Origin: an uncultured Candidatus Saccharibacteria bacterium
Lineage (GTDB): Bacteria > Patescibacteriota > Saccharimonadia > JAGOAT01 > CAYZIP01
DNA length: 64,000 nt
Reading direction: 5' to 3'
Assembly (NCBI GenBank): GCA_964478695.1
Contig: CAYZIP010000004.1
Location: 401-64,400 of the forward strand
Shown here: in pieces, positions 59,776 to 64,000 of the stretch
Layout of the letters: every line of letters starts with the position of its first letter
Position numbering within the stretch: the first letter of the stretch is position 1
Notes under the pieces: model-generated
The model's input: only the letters and a program-made list of their open reading frames with translations
Told to the model about the DNA's origin: nothing
Databases searched by the model: none
Made by a program: the position numbers and the translations under genes

Positions 59776-60200
59776 ATTCTTGCCCCCAAATCTATAATTG
59801 ATTTCTTCATGTCAGCAACTGCTTTTTGTACCTGACTGGGGACAAGATCCATCCCCAAGTCATGAGCAAATCTATTCCGCAGTCTGTGTGCTTTCCATAA
59901 ATCCTCTTTATTATTAATCTTATGCTCCACGGTTTTTAGCCTATCAGCGAATGTAGTCCCCTTGGCCCCGCTATTTTTTAAGGTATAATCCACTAATTTA
60001 TCCATCTCTAGTAATGCATTACGAACAGATGCTGGACTACCTTTTAGCAAGCTATCAATTTCATATATTTTCCTACTAATCATCTCTTGATCCAAACTTA
60101 TTGTTTCTTTTTGCATAGCATTCTTCTTTCCACCCTTACTAGCCAAAGCTAGCAGTAAAATCCAAATAAACAATACAGAGGCAGCCCAAATTATAATCAC
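59772..60200 (-). CDS. Hypothetical membrane-anchored protein inserted between gatA and gatB; contains an R-x4-H (RNRFAH) motif
   Basis: N-terminal TM (IIIWAASVLFIWILLLALA); ATGA overlap with the gatB start and 3-nt gap to the gatA stop imply co-translation. Confidence 0.5.
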   Translation of the reverse strand: MIIIWAASVLFIWILLLALASKGGKKNAMQKETISLDQEMISRKIYEIDSLLKGSPASVRNALLEMDKLVDYTLKNSGAKGTTFADRLKTVEHKINNKEDLWKAHRLRNRFAHDLGMDLVPSQVQKAVADMKKSIIDLGARI

Positions 60201-60203
60201 TTA

Positions 60204-61610
60204 TTAATCTCCATCTTTCTGTTTTTCTAAATATTTACAGAAATCTAGCAGGGCATAGTCTTGCTCTTGAGCACTAATTAGCTGTAGGCCATAAGGCATA
60301 TTATCAATACGTCCCATATCCATACTTAAGCTAGGTAAACCAACAATATTACTGGCAACTGTCATAATATCAGCCTGATAAGCTTTAACAGGATCCAAGC
60401 TCTCTCCCATTTTAGGAGCAATATCTACGGTTGTGGCTCCTAATAAAACGTCATATTGAGTAAATATCTGCTTGAATCTCTGTGACAATAAACCCCTAAC
60501 CTTAAGGGCTTGATAATAGTAAGCATCTTTGTGTCCTTGACTTAAAACATAACTACCAATCATAACCCTACGCTTAACTTCTAAACCAAAGCCTTCGTCT
60601 CTAGTCTTGGCATAATAATCATCTAAACCTTGATAATCTTTAGTTCTATGACCATATAAAATACCATCATGACGGCTCATATTGGCCGACACCTCAGCTG
60701 GAGTAATAATATAGTAGGCCGGCAAAGCTAAAGCCAGTTCTTCTATACTAATTTGATCAACATAAATGTCCTGATCTTTTAAGGTCTTAACAGCCTTATC
60801 AATAACAGCTTTTTGTTTTTCTCCTAAAGGATCATAATATTCTTTTATCAAAGCTACTTTAGGAGTTACAAAAACTCGTTTTGAATCAAGACTAAAGCTA
60901 GTAAAATCATTTTGATCTTTCCCTTTTAAGGTTTCCATAACCATTTTAACATCAAGGCTATTGCTGGCTATAACAGAGACAGTATCAAGAGAACTAGCCA
61001 TACTAATGACCCCATAACGGCTAATGGCTCCATAGCTAGGCTTAAACCCAAATAGTCCATTATAACTAGCTGGATTTCGAATAGATCCACCTGTATCTGT
61101 TCCTAGAGCGAAACTAGCCATATCTTTAGCAACAGCTACAGCCGAACCACTAGATGATCCTCCAGCTACACGTTCTTTGTCCCAAGCGTTCTTGGTGGGC
61201 CCAAAAGCACTATTCTCCCCTGTTCCTCCTTGGGCAAATTCATCTAAATTAGCTTTGCCTAGCAAGATAGCTCCAGCACTCAAGAGTTTCTCTATAGCAG
61301 TAGCATTAAAGGAGGCTTTATAATTTTCCAAGCCCTTACTTGCTGCTGTGGTAGGCAAGAATTTATCTAAAAATATATCTTTGGATATAAAAGGGATCCC
61401 TTCTAATGGCAGTAGCTTTTCTCCACTACTGATCTTTTGATCTACCTGATCAGCAATATCAAGAAGCTCTTTTGTCTCTCTATAGCTAATTAGAACATTA
61501 TAATCCTGACTATATTTATTAATATTTTCTAAACAATATTCTATAACCTGTTTGCAGGTTAGCTCTCTATTGCTATAGGCTTGGATTAGTGATGCTATAC
61601 CAAGATTCAT
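60204..61610 (-). CDS. gatA: Glu-tRNA(Gln)/Asp-tRNA(Asn) amidotransferase subunit A
   Basis: Amidase signature GGSSSGSAVAVA, Ser-cisSer-Lys triad context. Confidence 0.93.
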   Translation of the reverse strand: MNLGIASLIQAYSNRELTCKQVIEYCLENINKYSQDYNVLISYRETKELLDIADQVDQKISSGEKLLPLEGIPFISKDIFLDKFLPTTAASKGLENYKASFNATAIEKLLSAGAILLGKANLDEFAQGGTGENSAFGPTKNAWDKERVAGGSSSGSAVAVAKDMASFALGTDTGGSIRNPASYNGLFGFKPSYGAISRYGVISMASSLDTVSVIASNSLDVKMVMETLKGKDQNDFTSFSLDSKRVFVTPKVALIKEYYDPLGEKQKAVIDKAVKTLKDQDIYVDQISIEELALALPAYYIITPAEVSANMSRHDGILYGHRTKDYQGLDDYYAKTRDEGFGLEVKRRVMIGSYVLSQGHKDAYYYQALKVRGLLSQRFKQIFTQYDVLLGATTVDIAPKMGESLDPVKAYQADIMTVASNIVGLPSLSMDMGRIDNMPYGLQLISAQEQDYALLDFCKYLEKQKDGD

Positions 61611-61903
61611 TTCATAACCCTTCCTACTTTGACATATCTATTATGAATATAATCTGTGTTGACTAAAGATTCTAAAGATATTGGGCAATTAAAAACCTCA
61701 TCTTCTCGAAATACATTCTCCACATTCACGGACTGATATAAATCATCATATATATCTAAAAGTTGGCCAGATAATATCTTAGTAAATTCTAAAATAGAGG
61801 CTATATCTTGCTCTAATACAGCTCTCTCTTCTGCCTCCAAGGATAAACGTGATAATCTCGCCAGCTCATCAATACTAAAATCTGGATTTAATTCTACACT
61901 CAT
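61607..61903 (-). CDS. gatC: Amidotransferase subunit C
   Basis: 98 aa; position and overlap with gatA. Confidence 0.8.
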   Translation of the reverse strand: MSVELNPDFSIDELARLSRLSLEAEERAVLEQDIASILEFTKILSGQLLDIYDDLYQSVNVENVFREDEVFNCPISLESLVNTDYIHNRYVKVGRVMK

Positions 61904-61907
61904 TAAG

Positions 61908-63923
<2,016 letters not shown>

Positions 63924-64000
63924 TTAGGTATATAAATATTATTTTTTTGGTTTATTAAGACTAATAAATGTTCCATAAACACTTTTAGCAAATATAAAAT

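Overview
This 64-kb window is AT-rich (about 30% GC overall, intergenic about 20-25%) and densely coding, almost entirely housekeeping genes. About 50 of roughly 56 genes are on the minus strand. The centre is one uninterrupted minus-strand super-operon: rpoB-rpoC-rpsL-rpsG-fusA-tuf, then S10 through rplC...rpsE-rplO-secY-infA-rpmJ-rpsM-rpsK-rpsD-rpoA-rplQ, then rplM-rpsI. Flanking genes are ligA-gatCAB-dnaE-rplS-yraN-nusA-clpC-radA-yacL on one side and tyrS-recG-rsmD-tRNA-Leu(UAG)-tig-clpP, topA, secE-nusG-rplK-rplA on the other. A plus-strand SpoU-methyltransferase / RNHCP / tgt trio and a class A PBP are also present. No rRNA, CRISPR, transposase or integrase genes were seen. The standard genetic code is in use (TGG-encoded Trp, no in-frame TGA). 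Three things point to a reduced-genome Candidate Phyla Radiation / Patescibacteria-like organism rather than a Mollicute or Firmicute; this is inference from sequence only. (1) rpmD (L30) is absent between rpsE and rplO, and adk/map are absent between secY and infA. (2) Many ribosomal proteins carry extensions (L1, L17, L19, L24, S5, S12), and rpoB has an acidic C-terminal tail. (3) A cell-wall PBP1A is present. The least ordinary content is: (a) a GC-shifted lipoprotein gene (about 48% GC) beside tRNA-Leu, with an 18-bp perfect inverted repeat; (b) two translationally coupled giant polytopic membrane proteins upstream of secE; (c) an RNHCP zinc-ribbon protein embedded between two tRNA-modification genes; (d) a small membrane-anchored protein with an Rx4H motif inserted inside gatCAB; and (e) a recurrent TAAGACT-containing motif in promoter-like spacers.
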